Shown piece by piece: positions 1 through 10,006 of a DNA stretch of 64,000 nucleotides; positions within the stretch are counted from its first letter, which is position 1; every line of letters begins with the position of its first letter. Source of the stretch: an uncultured Alphaproteobacteria bacterium (GTDB lineage Bacteria; Pseudomonadota; Alphaproteobacteria; Rhizobiales; Hyphomicrobiaceae); contig CAVWMR010000004.1 of the NCBI GenBank assembly GCA_963756175.1, positions 174,637 through 238,636 on the forward strand. The letters are read 5' to 3'. The notes beneath the pieces were generated by a model. The model was given only the letters and a program-made list of their open reading frames with translations. It was not told the DNA's origin and searched no databases. The translations under genes and the position numbers were made by a program.

Positions 1-60
1 CCGAGCCCCGTCTTCTCCTGACATCATCCCACAGCCCGAGCTTGAGCGGGGAACGCATCC

Positions 61-3000
61 ATGACACCGACGACAACGCAACCGCACCTGCCTGACGGTG
101 ACGACGGGGGTTGGATCGGCGTCTTCATACGCCGTCCCGTTCTGACCGTGGTGATCAACCTGCTCATCATCGTCGCCGGCTACGCGGCACTACAGGGCAT
201 CGAAATCCGCGAATTACCCGACGTCGACCGTCCGGTGGTGACCGTGCGTGCGAGTTACGAAGGCGCGACGCCGCAGACGATGGACGCGCAGATCACCGCC
301 ATCATCGAGAGTGCGGTCTCGCGCGTTCAGGGTGTCAGCAGCATCTCGTCGACCTCGTCCTACGGGTCCAGCCGTGTGACGATCGAATTTTCGAGCAGCA
401 CCAAGCTCGAATCGGCCGCAATGGATGTGCGCGATGCGGTCGCCGGCATCCGCCGCCAGCTCCCTGCGGACATGAAGGACGAGCCGACGGTCGTGAAAGC
501 GGACTCCGACGCTTCGCCGATCATGCGTCTCGTCGATCGCTTCTGAAAAGCTCTCCGAGAACGAGCTCACCGATCTCGTCAACAACGTGATCGAGGATCG
601 TCTGGCGGCCGTCGAGGGCGTCGCGTCCGCTACATCTTATGGTCTGCGCGCGCGCACGATCGAGGTGCGCATCAATCAGGTGGCGCTGGCCGGACGGGGC
701 CTTGCGCTTTCGGACCTGATGACCGCGATCGGCAAGGCGTCCATCACCGGCCCCTCAGGCGCACTGGAAAATCCGACGCAGCAACTCCTCGTAAAAGCGG
801 AAGCACCGATCCAATCGCCCGAGGAGGTTGGCGCACTGCAGCTCAACTCGACCACCCGCGTATCGGACGTCGCGTTCGTCCGCTGGGCATTTCAGGACGC
901 GACGGCGATCACGCGTCTCGACGGCAAGACGGCCGTTGGCATGGAGATCATCCGTCAAGCGCAGTCGAATACGATCGGCATCTCGGATGGCGTTCGCGCC
1001 GCGATCGAGGAGCTGCGGCGTACGCTGCCGCCCGGCGTCGCGATCTCGATCGTCTCAGACGATGCCGTCTTCATCGAGGAGGCGGTGCGCGAAGTCGTGA
1101 TCAGCCTCATCATTGCCAGCGTCATCGTCATCATCGTCATCCTTCTGTTCCTCGCCTCGATGCACGCGACGGTCGCGCCGGCGCTCGCCATTCCGATCTC
1201 GCTGATCGGCACGCTCGCGGCGATCTGGTTCGCTGGCTTCTCGCTCAACATCCTGACGTTGCTGGCGCTTGTCGTCGCCACCGGCCTCGTCGTCGACGAT
1301 GCCATCATCGTCATCGAAAACATCGCCCGCCACCGCGCGATGGGCGTCGGCCCGCGCGCCGCCGCAGTCATCGGCACCCGCGAGATCGTGTTCGCCGTCC
1401 TGGCGACGACCGCCACGCTCGCCGCCGTGTTCGTCCCGATCTCGTTCATGCCGGGCATCGTCGGCAGCCTATTCTCCGAGTTCGGATTCGTGATGGCATT
1501 CTCGGTGACGGTATCGTCGTTCGTCGCGCTGACGCTCTGTCCGATGCTCGCCGCCAAGATCGGCACCGGCAATCATACCCCGAAGGAAACACCGGGCCGG
1601 TTCGACCGCTTCGCTAATTCGCTCGCCAGCTTCTACGCGCGCACGCTCGACTGGTGTCTCAAGTTTCGCTGGATCTTCGTCGCCATCTGCCTCGCATTCG
1701 GCGGGGTCGCGGCCGCCCTATTCCAGTTCGTCCCGAGTGAAATCACACCGACCGAAGACCGCAGCGTCATCAACATCAGCCTCAGCACCCAGCAGGGCAG
1801 CAACCTCGACTACATCTCGCACAAGATCGAACCGGTTGAGGCTGCCCTCGCGGAGCTCAAGAAAAAGGGCGAAGTGACCGACGTCCTGACCACCGTCGGT
1901 CGCGGCAGCACCAATCGTGCCTTCATCGTCGCGCCGCTTGCGCACTGGAACCAACGCACCCGCAGCCAGCAGGAGATCCAGGCCGAGCTGCAAGCCAAGC
2001 TCTCGAATATCGCCGGACTATCGATTTCGACGAGGACGCCGAACAGCCTCGGCATTCGAGGTGGCGGTCAGGGCTTGCGCTTCGCCGTCACCGGGACTGA
2101 CTACGCCAAGATCGCTGACGGTGCGACGGCGCTCGCCCAGCGGCTGTCACAGACTCCCGGCTTCCGCGGCGCTCGCACCGACTTCGACACGACGCAACCG
2201 CAGCTTTCGGTCCGCATCGATCGCGAGGCGGCGACCAAGCTCGGCGTGGCGATCGAGGCCATCACGAGCCTGATCAATACGATGGTCGACTACTCGAAAG
2301 CCGCCGATCTCTTCATCGGCGAAGAGATCGTCGAGATCCAGGTCAAGCCCGGCGGCCGCCCGATCGACGATCCGTCCGACCTCAAGAACCTGTTCGTGAA
2401 AACCGGCAACGGCAGCTTCGTCGCGCTCTCGACATTCGTCAAGATGGAGGAGGTGTCGATTTCGCCGACGCTCGCCCGCGAGGGCCGCCGGCGTGCGGTG
2501 CCTGTGAGCGCGCAGCTTGCAGACGGCACCTATCTCAGCGACGCCATCACGACGCTGCGCAAGGTCGCGCCGGAAGTGCTCGGCCCGGGCATGTCGATTA
2601 CGCTGCTCGGCGAAGCCAAGACGCTGACCGAGACGACCCAGAGCACCACGTTCGTTTTCGCCGTCGCCTTTCTGATCGTGTTTCTCGTGCTCGCGGCTCA
2701 GTTCGAAAGCGTGATCAGCGCGCTGGTCATCATGGTGACGGTGCCGTTTGGCCTCGCGGCCGCGGTTTTCGCCATTCTGCTCTCGGGAGGGTCGCTGAAC
2801 GTCTACAGCCAGATCGGTCTCGTACTGCTCGTCGGCGTCATGGCCAAGAACGGCATCCTTATGGTCGAGTTCGCCGACCAGCGCCGCGACGAGGGCAGCA
2901 GCGTGCCTGATGCCATCCGCGAAGCCGCGACCACGCGATTGCGGCCGGTTATGATGACCGCCCTGGCCGCTGTCGTCGGCGCCTTCCCGCTCGTCATCGC

Positions 3001-3196
3001 CAGCGGCGCGGGTGCCGAGGCCCGGCTCGCCCTTGGCTGGGTAATCATCGGCGGGCTCGGGTTCGCGACCGTGTTCACGCTGTACCTGGTCCCCGTCGCG
3101 TACCGCATCCTGGCGCCGCTATCCAAGCCGCGGGCTCACGAGACGCAAATCCTGATCGAGGAGTTGAAAGCAGCATCGCGGCCGCCGGCGGCCTAG
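61..3196 (+). pseudogene. RND (HAE1/AcrB-family) multidrug efflux permease, 5' end near the window start. A single-base frameshift near nt 543 splits it into ORFs 61..546 and 587..3196.
   Basis: The 161-aa and 869-aa ORFs together give a colinear AcrB-like sequence. The first ends ...ASPIMRLVDRF* and the +1 frame continues SEKLSENELTDLVNNVIEDRL..., with 12 TM-like hydrophobic segments and conserved HAE1 motifs (e.g. ATGLVVDDAIIVIENI, AKNGILMVEFA). The reading frame changes between nt 520 and 590. Confidence 0.8.
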
Positions 3197-3354
3197 CCGG
3201 TCGCATCATTCTGCAACGCGGAACGCGCCGCGCCGCCGGCTGCCCGCACGGTGCATTGCAATGTGCGCGCGGTGAGACTTCACGTTCCGTGGATCATGCG
3301 CTAACGTCTCGCTTTACGGACTTGTCCACTCTTTCAACGTGCGGAACGACACTC

Positions 3355-4434
3355 ATGCGCCCTCTCGAATTCGGCTGGTTCCTGCCGACCCGCGGCGACA
3401 CTGACGACTACGGCGATCCGATCCGGATTTCTGCGGGATCGGAGATGTTCGAGCGCGTCACCAAGGCGGCCGAAGACTGCGGCTTCGAGTACATGCTCAT
3501 CCCGGTCGGCCATCAGTGTTGGGACGCCTGGATGACCGCGGCGCTGATGATCGGGCGCACCAAGAAGATCAAGATGCTGGTTGCGGCGAAGCCGAGCTAC
3601 ATCAACCCCGTGCTGCTCGCGAAAATGATCTCCACGTGTGACCAGCTTTCCGGCGGGCGCATATCGATCAATCTCATCGCCGGCCAGAGCGAAGCCGAGA
3701 ACATCGCCGAGGGCATCAAGCTCGAAAAGGACCAGCGCTACGAGTGCATGGACGAAGAAGTCGAGATCATCAAGAAACTGTGGACGTCGGACGGCAAGCC
3801 GATCGACCACACCGGGAAGTACTACACGCTTAAAGGCGCCGAGCTGGCAGCCCCGATCTACCAGAAACCTTATCCGAAATTCTATCTCGGCGGCGGCTCC
3901 GGCCATGCCGCAGAGATTTCGGCGAAGCACTCCGATGTGCATCTCTTCTGGGGTGACACGACGGAGCGGATCGCGACCAACATGAAAGAGCTCAAGGCGC
4001 TCGCCTCCAAACACGGGCGCGAGGACAAGCTCGGGTTCGGAATGCGACTGCAGATCGTGTGCCGCGAAAACGAGGCAGAGGCGTGGGACGCCGCCAACGG
4101 TCTCATCAAGAACATCACCGAAGAGCGGGAGAAATACATCCGCGAGCATTACGCCCAGTCGGTCGCGAACCAGCGCGTGCAGGAATTGCGCAAGACGATG
4201 GGCGATCTCATCGCGCCTAACCTGTGGTCCGGGCTGACACGCGCGCGGCCGGGCGCGGGCATCTGCATCGTCGGCAATCCGCAGCAATGCGCTGACGTGC
4301 TGCAGCAGTACATCGACGTCGGCTGCCACTCCTTCTGCCTCTCGGGCTATCTGCACGACGACGAGGCTTACCGCTTCAAGCGGATGGTCCGCCCGATCCT
4401 CGCCGAGCGCAATAGGGGCCGCATGGAAGCCTGA
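3355..4434 (+). CDS. LLM-class flavin-dependent oxidoreductase (luciferase-like monooxygenase, SsuD/LLM family)
   Basis: The ORF (ATG at 3355, MRPLEFGWFLPT...) is a TIM-barrel LLM-like sequence of about 360 aa. An 8-nt gap separates it from the upstream RND gene. Confidence 0.7.
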   Translation: MRPLEFGWFLPTRGDTDDYGDPIRISAGSEMFERVTKAAEDCGFEYMLIPVGHQCWDAWMTAALMIGRTKKIKMLVAAKPSYINPVLLAKMISTCDQLSGGRISINLIAGQSEAENIAEGIKLEKDQRYECMDEEVEIIKKLWTSDGKPIDHTGKYYTLKGAELAAPIYQKPYPKFYLGGGSGHAAEISAKHSDVHLFWGDTTERIATNMKELKALASKHGREDKLGFGMRLQIVCRENEAEAWDAANGLIKNITEEREKYIREHYAQSVANQRVQELRKTMGDLIAPNLWSGLTRARPGAGICIVGNPQQCADVLQQYIDVGCHSFCLSGYLHDDEAYRFKRMVRPILAERNRGRMEA

Positions 4435-4443
4435 GTTCTCCGC

Positions 4444-5331
4444 TCAGCGCGGGGCGCTTGCGATCGAGCGAAGCTCGGACCGAGACCGCAGCAGGCCCGG
4501 TGACAGGTACAGGCTTTCGACTGTCTTCTCCGCGCGACCCAACAGTGTCGCCTGAGACGACGTTCCGGCATCGAGCAACAGCCGCGATAGACCCAGCGCC
4601 GTCGGCAGCGGTGGGCCATAGGTGCGCTCGCCCGTCATGCCGTCATACGAGAGTGCAAATCGCGCGCGCCGTCGGAGCAGGCTTTCCAGACCTGCAATGA
4701 GCGTGTCCGATTCGAGTTGGCGCGTATAGCGCTTGTCGCGTCCCACCGTCGTGCCGAGATACGGCGGATCGAGGTAGATGAAGTCGCGGGCGCCGGCATC
4801 GGCCGTTGTCGCGAGCCAGTCGCCGCTTCTCACCTCGGTCAACCCCTTCAGCATCAGCGCCGCTGTCGCGATCGCTGCTGCCATGCGGTCGGGCTGCATC
4901 CCAAGACGGCGACGATCGACCGACTGCGTGAACTGCCCGCTTGCGTTGAAGCGCACGGCATTCTTGACGCAACGGCAGATCAGATAGAGCAAGTCGACCG
5001 GATCGTGCGACGCGTTGTATCGAGCACGCACGCGATTAAAATAGTCCGTATCGCCGTCGTGCTGCCCGACCCAGACGAGGCGGTATCGCTCGGCAGTCGC
5101 GTCGGGCTTATCGATGATCGCCTGCCAGAGTCGGGCGATGGGCTCTAGCACGTCGGCGATGACGTACCGGCGCGCGACCCGGTTGTGGATCGCCCACAGC
5201 GTCATGGCGGCCGACCCCGCGAACGGCTCGAACCACACGTCGATCCCGCGCGGGACATGCGCGCCGATCAGCGGCGCCAGTGCCCGCTTGGACCCCTGAT
5301 AGGGGATCGGATGGGGCAGCCTCGAGGACAT
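4444..5331 (-). CDS. Dam-family (D12-class, alpha-type) N6-adenine DNA methyltransferase; orphan (no adjacent restriction gene)
   Basis: 295-aa ORF with an N-terminal AdoMet motif I (IPYQGSKRAL...WFEPFAGSAAM) and a catalytic DPPY motif (FIYLDPPYLG) in the C-terminal half. This motif order matches Dam/T4Dam-like enzymes. Confidence 0.7.
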   Translation of the reverse strand: MSSRLPHPIPYQGSKRALAPLIGAHVPRGIDVWFEPFAGSAAMTLWAIHNRVARRYVIADVLEPIARLWQAIIDKPDATAERYRLVWVGQHDGDTDYFNRVRARYNASHDPVDLLYLICRCVKNAVRFNASGQFTQSVDRRRLGMQPDRMAAAIATAALMLKGLTEVRSGDWLATTADAGARDFIYLDPPYLGTTVGRDKRYTRQLESDTLIAGLESLLRRRARFALSYDGMTGERTYGPPLPTALGLSRLLLDAGTSSQATLLGRAEKTVESLYLSPGLLRSRSELRSIASAPR

Positions 5332-5339
5332 GGCGTCGG

Positions 5340-6518
5340 CTACTGCGTCAACCGGAGTTCGACGCGCCGATCGGCCTGATAGATTTCCTGCTGTGACAGT
5401 CGCGTCCGGTCGACACCGAGATACGGCTCGCTCTTGCCCTTAGGCGTGAGCGACAAATTCCCGGCATACCCGGCTTGGCGGAGGTAACGCTCGATCGCCT
5501 CGAGCCGCCGCTTCGACAGGACCATATTGTAGCCGTCGGGGCCGCGACTGTCGGCGTGTCCCGAAAGCGATATGCCCTCGGGACGTTTGATGCGAAGATA
5601 TTCGGCGAGCAATGCGGCGGCGCGCGCACCATCAGGCGTCAGTTCGACTTCGTCGGTCATGAATGTAATCGGTACCGGGATCGGCACCTGCGCCGGATTT
5701 GGGAGCACACCGGTCGTGCGAGTCGTGTTCGCCGCTGTCACGTTTCCTGGCGTGGCCGCTGTCGTGGCATCGCTCGGTCCGCCCAAAGCACTGGGGGCGT
5801 TGCCGGCGCTCTTCGGTGCACCGACGGCGTCCGTGCGGGCGCGCTCGACAAGAGCCGCGAACCGTTCCAGCGCCTGCTTGTCGGAGGCGGCCTTGGTGGG
5901 ATTCTCAGCTTGCGGTTGAGCGATTTTGGCCGCCGTCGGCGCTTTGGGCGCCTGCATAGCGGCTGCCATCGGTGGTGCCCACACCTTCGCGGGCGGCGCG
6001 CTGGCAACCCGCGTCGGCGACTGGGATGGAGGGACGACGAGCTTCCGTGGCGTGCTGACGACCGCCACTCCGCCGCTCGGCGGCCTCGCAGTGATCGTCA
6101 GTTCGAGCGGCCCTGCGGCAATGCCTTCGGTCACGATCACCGACCATTGCCCCTCGTCGGTCGCGACAGTCGTCGCGATCTCGCGTCCGTTGGCGAGAAC
6201 GGCAACCCAATGGTTTGGTGGTGACCGACCTGCGATCACCGACGCACCGCCGGAGGCGATCTCCGCGATCTCGATCGCAAGCGGCTCAGCAGTGCGACGA
6301 GACGCGCTCGGCACCTTCGGCATGGACGCCGCCGCAATCTTCTCGCTGACACCCCGCGGATCGACGGAGGCCTCTTTCGCCGGAACCAGGGAAGTCAGGC
6401 CGAAGCGCCCCAGCATGTCACTGCTGGCAACCGCCCATAGCGTACCGCCAGCAACCACGGCGGCCGCCGCGATACAGATAATCTGCACGTTTCGACGCAT
6501 GACCGCACCACCATCCAT
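5340..6518 (-). CDS. OmpA-family protein: N-terminal TM/signal segment, long Ala/Pro-rich linker, C-terminal OmpA/MotB peptidoglycan-binding domain
   Basis: The C-terminus carries an OmpA-like motif (...SLSGHADSRGPDGYNMVLSKRRLEAIERYLRQAGY...). There is an N-terminal hydrophobic segment and a low-complexity A/P/T-rich middle. Confidence 0.75.
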   Translation of the reverse strand: MDGGAVMRRNVQIICIAAAAVVAGGTLWAVASSDMLGRFGLTSLVPAKEASVDPRGVSEKIAAASMPKVPSASRRTAEPLAIEIAEIASGGASVIAGRSPPNHWVAVLANGREIATTVATDEGQWSVIVTEGIAAGPLELTITARPPSGGVAVVSTPRKLVVPPSQSPTRVASAPPAKVWAPPMAAAMQAPKAPTAAKIAQPQAENPTKAASDKQALERFAALVERARTDAVGAPKSAGNAPSALGGPSDATTAATPGNVTAANTTRTTGVLPNPAQVPIPVPITFMTDEVELTPDGARAAALLAEYLRIKRPEGISLSGHADSRGPDGYNMVLSKRRLEAIERYLRQAGYAGNLSLTPKGKSEPYLGVDRTRLSQQEIYQADRRVELRLTQ

Positions 6519-6615
6519 AAAATATCATGCAGTGCACAATCTTTAGCTCCATTGCGCCCCGATCGCAACCTCTGGAAGGCAAGTGAGTAAAGCGGGCGCC
6601 TCAAATCGTTGAAAA

Positions 6616-7584
6616 CTAGGCACCCGAGTTGCCGCGGGACGGCGTCGGCCGCGGCTCGGGCGTCGCCTTGCCACGCGAGGGGATGATCCCGATGGCGATT
6701 CCGCCCACGATCAGGAGCAGCGCCGCAAGGGTGAGTAAATCGAACGTCTCGCCCAGTGTCACCATGGATGACATCACGCCGAACACCGGCACCGCGAGAA
6801 GGCCGAGTGCCGTTGTCGTCGCCGGGAGGGAGCGGTTCACGGTGCTGAGCGCCCAGTACGCGAGCGACGTGCTGATGGTGCCGCCATAAATCAGCAGGCC
6901 AATGAAATGCGGCGTCACGTCGATCACCGGCCAACCCTCGAACAGGAAGGCTGCGGCCGTCGTCAGAACGGCGCCGAGCAGGAGCTGCCAGAACAGGAGG
7001 TCGAATGGCGAGGCCGTCCATCGGTGCATGCGCGTGTACACGATACTCACCGCCCAGCACACGGCCGCCAGCAGGATCAACGCGTGCCCTGTGAGCACAC
7101 CACTGTCGCTCCACTGGATGGCAAATGGATTGATCAGGAGCGCGAGGCCAACCATGCCGCTGGCAATGGCGATCAAGCGCTGAACCGTCAATGCTTCGCC
7201 CATCATCAGCCAGGCCAGCGGGAAGACCCACAGCGGCGTGGTGTACGCGAGCAGCACCGTACGCCCCGCCGAAACATGCACGAGCCCGAGACTGGTCAGC
7301 ACCGCGAACACGCTCATGTGCAATACGGCCAGGCTCGCGACCATCGGTAAGTCCTGGCGCGGTGGCAGGCGCAGCTTGCCCGCCACAAGCGCGATCAGGC
7401 CGAAGACCACCGCCGCCAACGTCAACCGGGTAGACACCGCCCAGATCGGCGACACGTATGTGAGGAGCGCCTTGTTGACGGGCCAGCTCATCCCCCACGA
7501 CAGCGCAATCACCAGCAACAGGGCCAACGCCGACGCCGGCGCCAGCTTTGTGGTTTCAGAGGCATTTCCAGTCATGCACGCCAT
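6616..7584 (-). CDS. DMT-superfamily (EamA-like) transporter
   Basis: About 10 TM hydrophobic segments with duplicated EamA-like halves. Start chosen at the internal Met (MACMTG...); the upstream in-frame extension is probably not translated. Confidence 0.65.
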   Translation of the reverse strand: MACMTGNASETTKLAPASALALLLVIALSWGMSWPVNKALLTYVSPIWAVSTRLTLAAVVFGLIALVAGKLRLPPRQDLPMVASLAVLHMSVFAVLTSLGLVHVSAGRTVLLAYTTPLWVFPLAWLMMGEALTVQRLIAIASGMVGLALLINPFAIQWSDSGVLTGHALILLAAVCWAVSIVYTRMHRWTASPFDLLFWQLLLGAVLTTAAAFLFEGWPVIDVTPHFIGLLIYGGTISTSLAYWALSTVNRSLPATTTALGLLAVPVFGVMSSMVTLGETFDLLTLAALLLIVGGIAIGIIPSRGKATPEPRPTPSRGNSGA

Positions 7585-7793
7585 TCCAAGTCTTGAGGCG
7601 CCCCAAGAGCGCCTATCAATCGGTCTCGTCAAGGTGGATTCTCAACGTGCTGCTGCCGATCGTCGGCGGCTTGATGGAAACGACAATGGAAGCGGGCGGA
7701 ACGCGCGGCCCTTGATCGTCCGTGCCCCCGCAGCCTATCGTTATTCCAGCAGTTGACCGCACGCGCCGCGGTATGGCGCGAGGAGAACGTCCG

Positions 7794-8988
7794 ATGTCCA
7801 ATACCAGCGCCACCTTGCCGCTCTCGCATATCCGCGTCCTCGATCTCACCGCGCACCGCGCCGGCCCGACCGCCGCACGCCAACTCGCCGATTGGGGGGC
7901 CAACGTCATCAAGATCGAGCCGCCAGCCGACAGCGACGTCGATCCCATGGGCGGCAAGCGCCACGGCTTCGATTTCCAGAACCTCCATCGCAACAAACGG
8001 TCGATGACGCTCAACCTCAAGAGCGCCGAGGGCAAAGCGATCTTCATGGCTTTGGCGAAGGACGCCGACGTCGTCGTCGAAAATTATCGCAGCGACGTGA
8101 AGCACCGTCTCGGCGTCGACTACGACAGCGTCGCGAAGGTCAACCCGCGCATCGTCTACGGCTCGATCTCCGGCTTCGGCCAGAACGGTCCCGACGCGAC
8201 GCGCCCCGGCGTCGACCAGATCGCGCAGGGCATGGGCGGACTGATGTCGATCACCGGCATTCCCGGCCAGGGACCGGTGCGGGTCGGGATACCCGATCGC
8301 AGATCTGACGTCGGGGCTCCTGCTTGCGCAGGCGATCATGCTGGCGCTGTACGAGCGCGAGCGTTCCGGCAAAGGCCAATGGGTGCACACGTCGCTGCTC
8401 GAAGCGCAAATCTTCATGCTCGACTTCCAGGCGTCGCGCTGGCTGATGAAGGGCGAGGTCGCCAAGCAGGCTGGCAACGATCATCCGACCAGCATCCCGA
8501 CCGGCGTCTTCCCGACCTCCGACGGCCACATCAATATCGCCGCATCCGGCGACAACCTGTGGAAGCGCTGCTGTGAAACGCTTGGCGCGCCGGAAATGCT
8601 GACCGACCCTGACTACGCAACCGGCGCCAAGCGCTCCGAGAACCGCAAGGCGCTCAATGAGCGGTTTGCCGCTCTGACCAGCACCAATACGTCGGCGCAT
8701 TGGATCGCGGCACTCAACAAGGCGGGCGTGCCATGCGGGCCGATCAATTCGATCGACAAGACGTTCGCCGAGCCACAGGTCAAGCACCTCGGAATCGCGC
8801 GCCGCATCCGCCACAGCAAACTCGGCGAGATCCGTGTCGTCGGCCAGCCGATCAATCTGTCGCGCTTTCCGCAGCCCGAGACGCTGGGCGCCACGCCCGA
8901 CCTCGGCGAGCACACCGGTGACGTCCTCGCCGATCTCGGCTACGGCGACGCCGACATCAAGGCACTGAAAGCCAAGGGCGTGATCTGA
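7794..8988 (+). pseudogene. CoA-transferase family III (CaiB/BaiF-type) protein, interrupted by a 1-nt insertion in a CCC run near nt 8297
   Basis: ATG at 7794 is preceded by GAGGAG. The N-terminal part (...GMGGLMSITGIPGQGPVRVGIP) continues in the +1 frame as IADLTSGLLLAQAIMLALYERERSGKGQW..., a typical family III signature. The extra C lies in ATACCCGATCGC. Confidence 0.8.
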
Positions 8989-8992
8989 TCCC

Positions 8993-10006
8993 TCAGTGAT
9001 ACCCCTCGCCGGGGCCGATCTTGCCGCGGAACATCCAATAGACGAACGCGGTGTAGCCGAGGATCATCGGCAGCAGGAACACGGTGCCGACCAGCAGGAA
9101 CATCTGGGAGGACGGCGCCGCCGCCGTATCCCAGAACGTCAGGTGCGGCGGCACCAGATAGGGTGCTGTCGAAATCACGAGGCCCGCATAGCCGAGCAGG
9201 AACAGCGCAATTGTGCCGAAGAACGGCAGGTTTTCGCGACCCTGCCGAAGCCAATGCCACACGCCGAAACCGATGAGCGCCGCCGCCAGCGGGATCGGCC
9301 ACAGAAAGTACAGGTTCGGCAGGCTGAACCAGCGCGCAGCGATGCGGTCGATCGTCAGCGGCGTCCACAGGCTGATCACGGCCATGGCGCCGAGCACCGC
9401 AAACAGCAAGATCGTTGCCCAGTGGCGGCCGAGTTCGCGTACCGGCCCTGTCGTCCGCATGATGAGCCACGTCGCACCGAGCAATCCGTACCCCGCAACC
9501 ACTGCAATACCGACGAACACCGCGAACGGCGTCAGCCAGTCGAACGCGCCGCCCGCATATTGCCGATCAACGACATTCACACCCTGAAGCAAGCCACCGA
9601 GGATGACGCCCTGTAGGAAAGCCGCGGTGATCGAGCCGCCGGCGAACGCAACATCCCACATGCGGTGCGACGGCTTCGCGACCCAGCGAAATTCGAACGA
9701 CACGCCGCGCAGGACGAGCGCCAGCAGCATCCCGATCACCGGCAGATAAAACGCCGGCATGATCACCGCGTAAGCGGTCGGAAACGCGACCCAAAGCCCG
9801 CCGCCGCCAAGCACCAGCCACGTCTCGTTGCCGTCCCAGAACGGTGCGACCGAGTTCATCATCACGTCGCGGTCTTCTTCCTCGCGCGTGAACGGAAACA
9901 GCACGCCGATGCCGAGGTCGAAGCCGTCCAGAATGACGTACATCGCGACGGCCGTCCCGATCAGTCCGGCCCAGATCAAAGGAAGATAGGGTTCCATCGC
10001 CGTCAT
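8993..10006 (-). CDS. cydB: Cytochrome bd-type ubiquinol oxidase subunit II
   Basis: 337-aa polytopic membrane protein (MEPYLPLIWAGLIGTAVAMYVILDGFDLGIGVL...). Its start overlaps the cydA stop. Confidence 0.85.
   Translation of the reverse strand: MTAMEPYLPLIWAGLIGTAVAMYVILDGFDLGIGVLFPFTREEEDRDVMMNSVAPFWDGNETWLVLGGGGLWVAFPTAYAVIMPAFYLPVIGMLLALVLRGVSFEFRWVAKPSHRMWDVAFAGGSITAAFLQGVILGGLLQGVNVVDRQYAGGAFDWLTPFAVFVGIAVVAGYGLLGATWLIMRTTGPVRELGRHWATILLFAVLGAMAVISLWTPLTIDRIAARWFSLPNLYFLWPIPLAAALIGFGVWHWLRQGRENLPFFGTIALFLLGYAGLVISTAPYLVPPHLTFWDTAAAPSSQMFLLVGTVFLLPMILGYTAFVYWMFRGKIGPGEGYH

Noticed and set aside
3245-3260. Sigma-54-like -24/-12 motif (GCACG-gtgca-TTGCA) upstream of the LLM oxidoreductase gene
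   Set aside because: No GG dinucleotide sits at the required 10-nt spacing from the GC of TTGCA, so the geometry does not match TGGCAC-N5-TTGCW.
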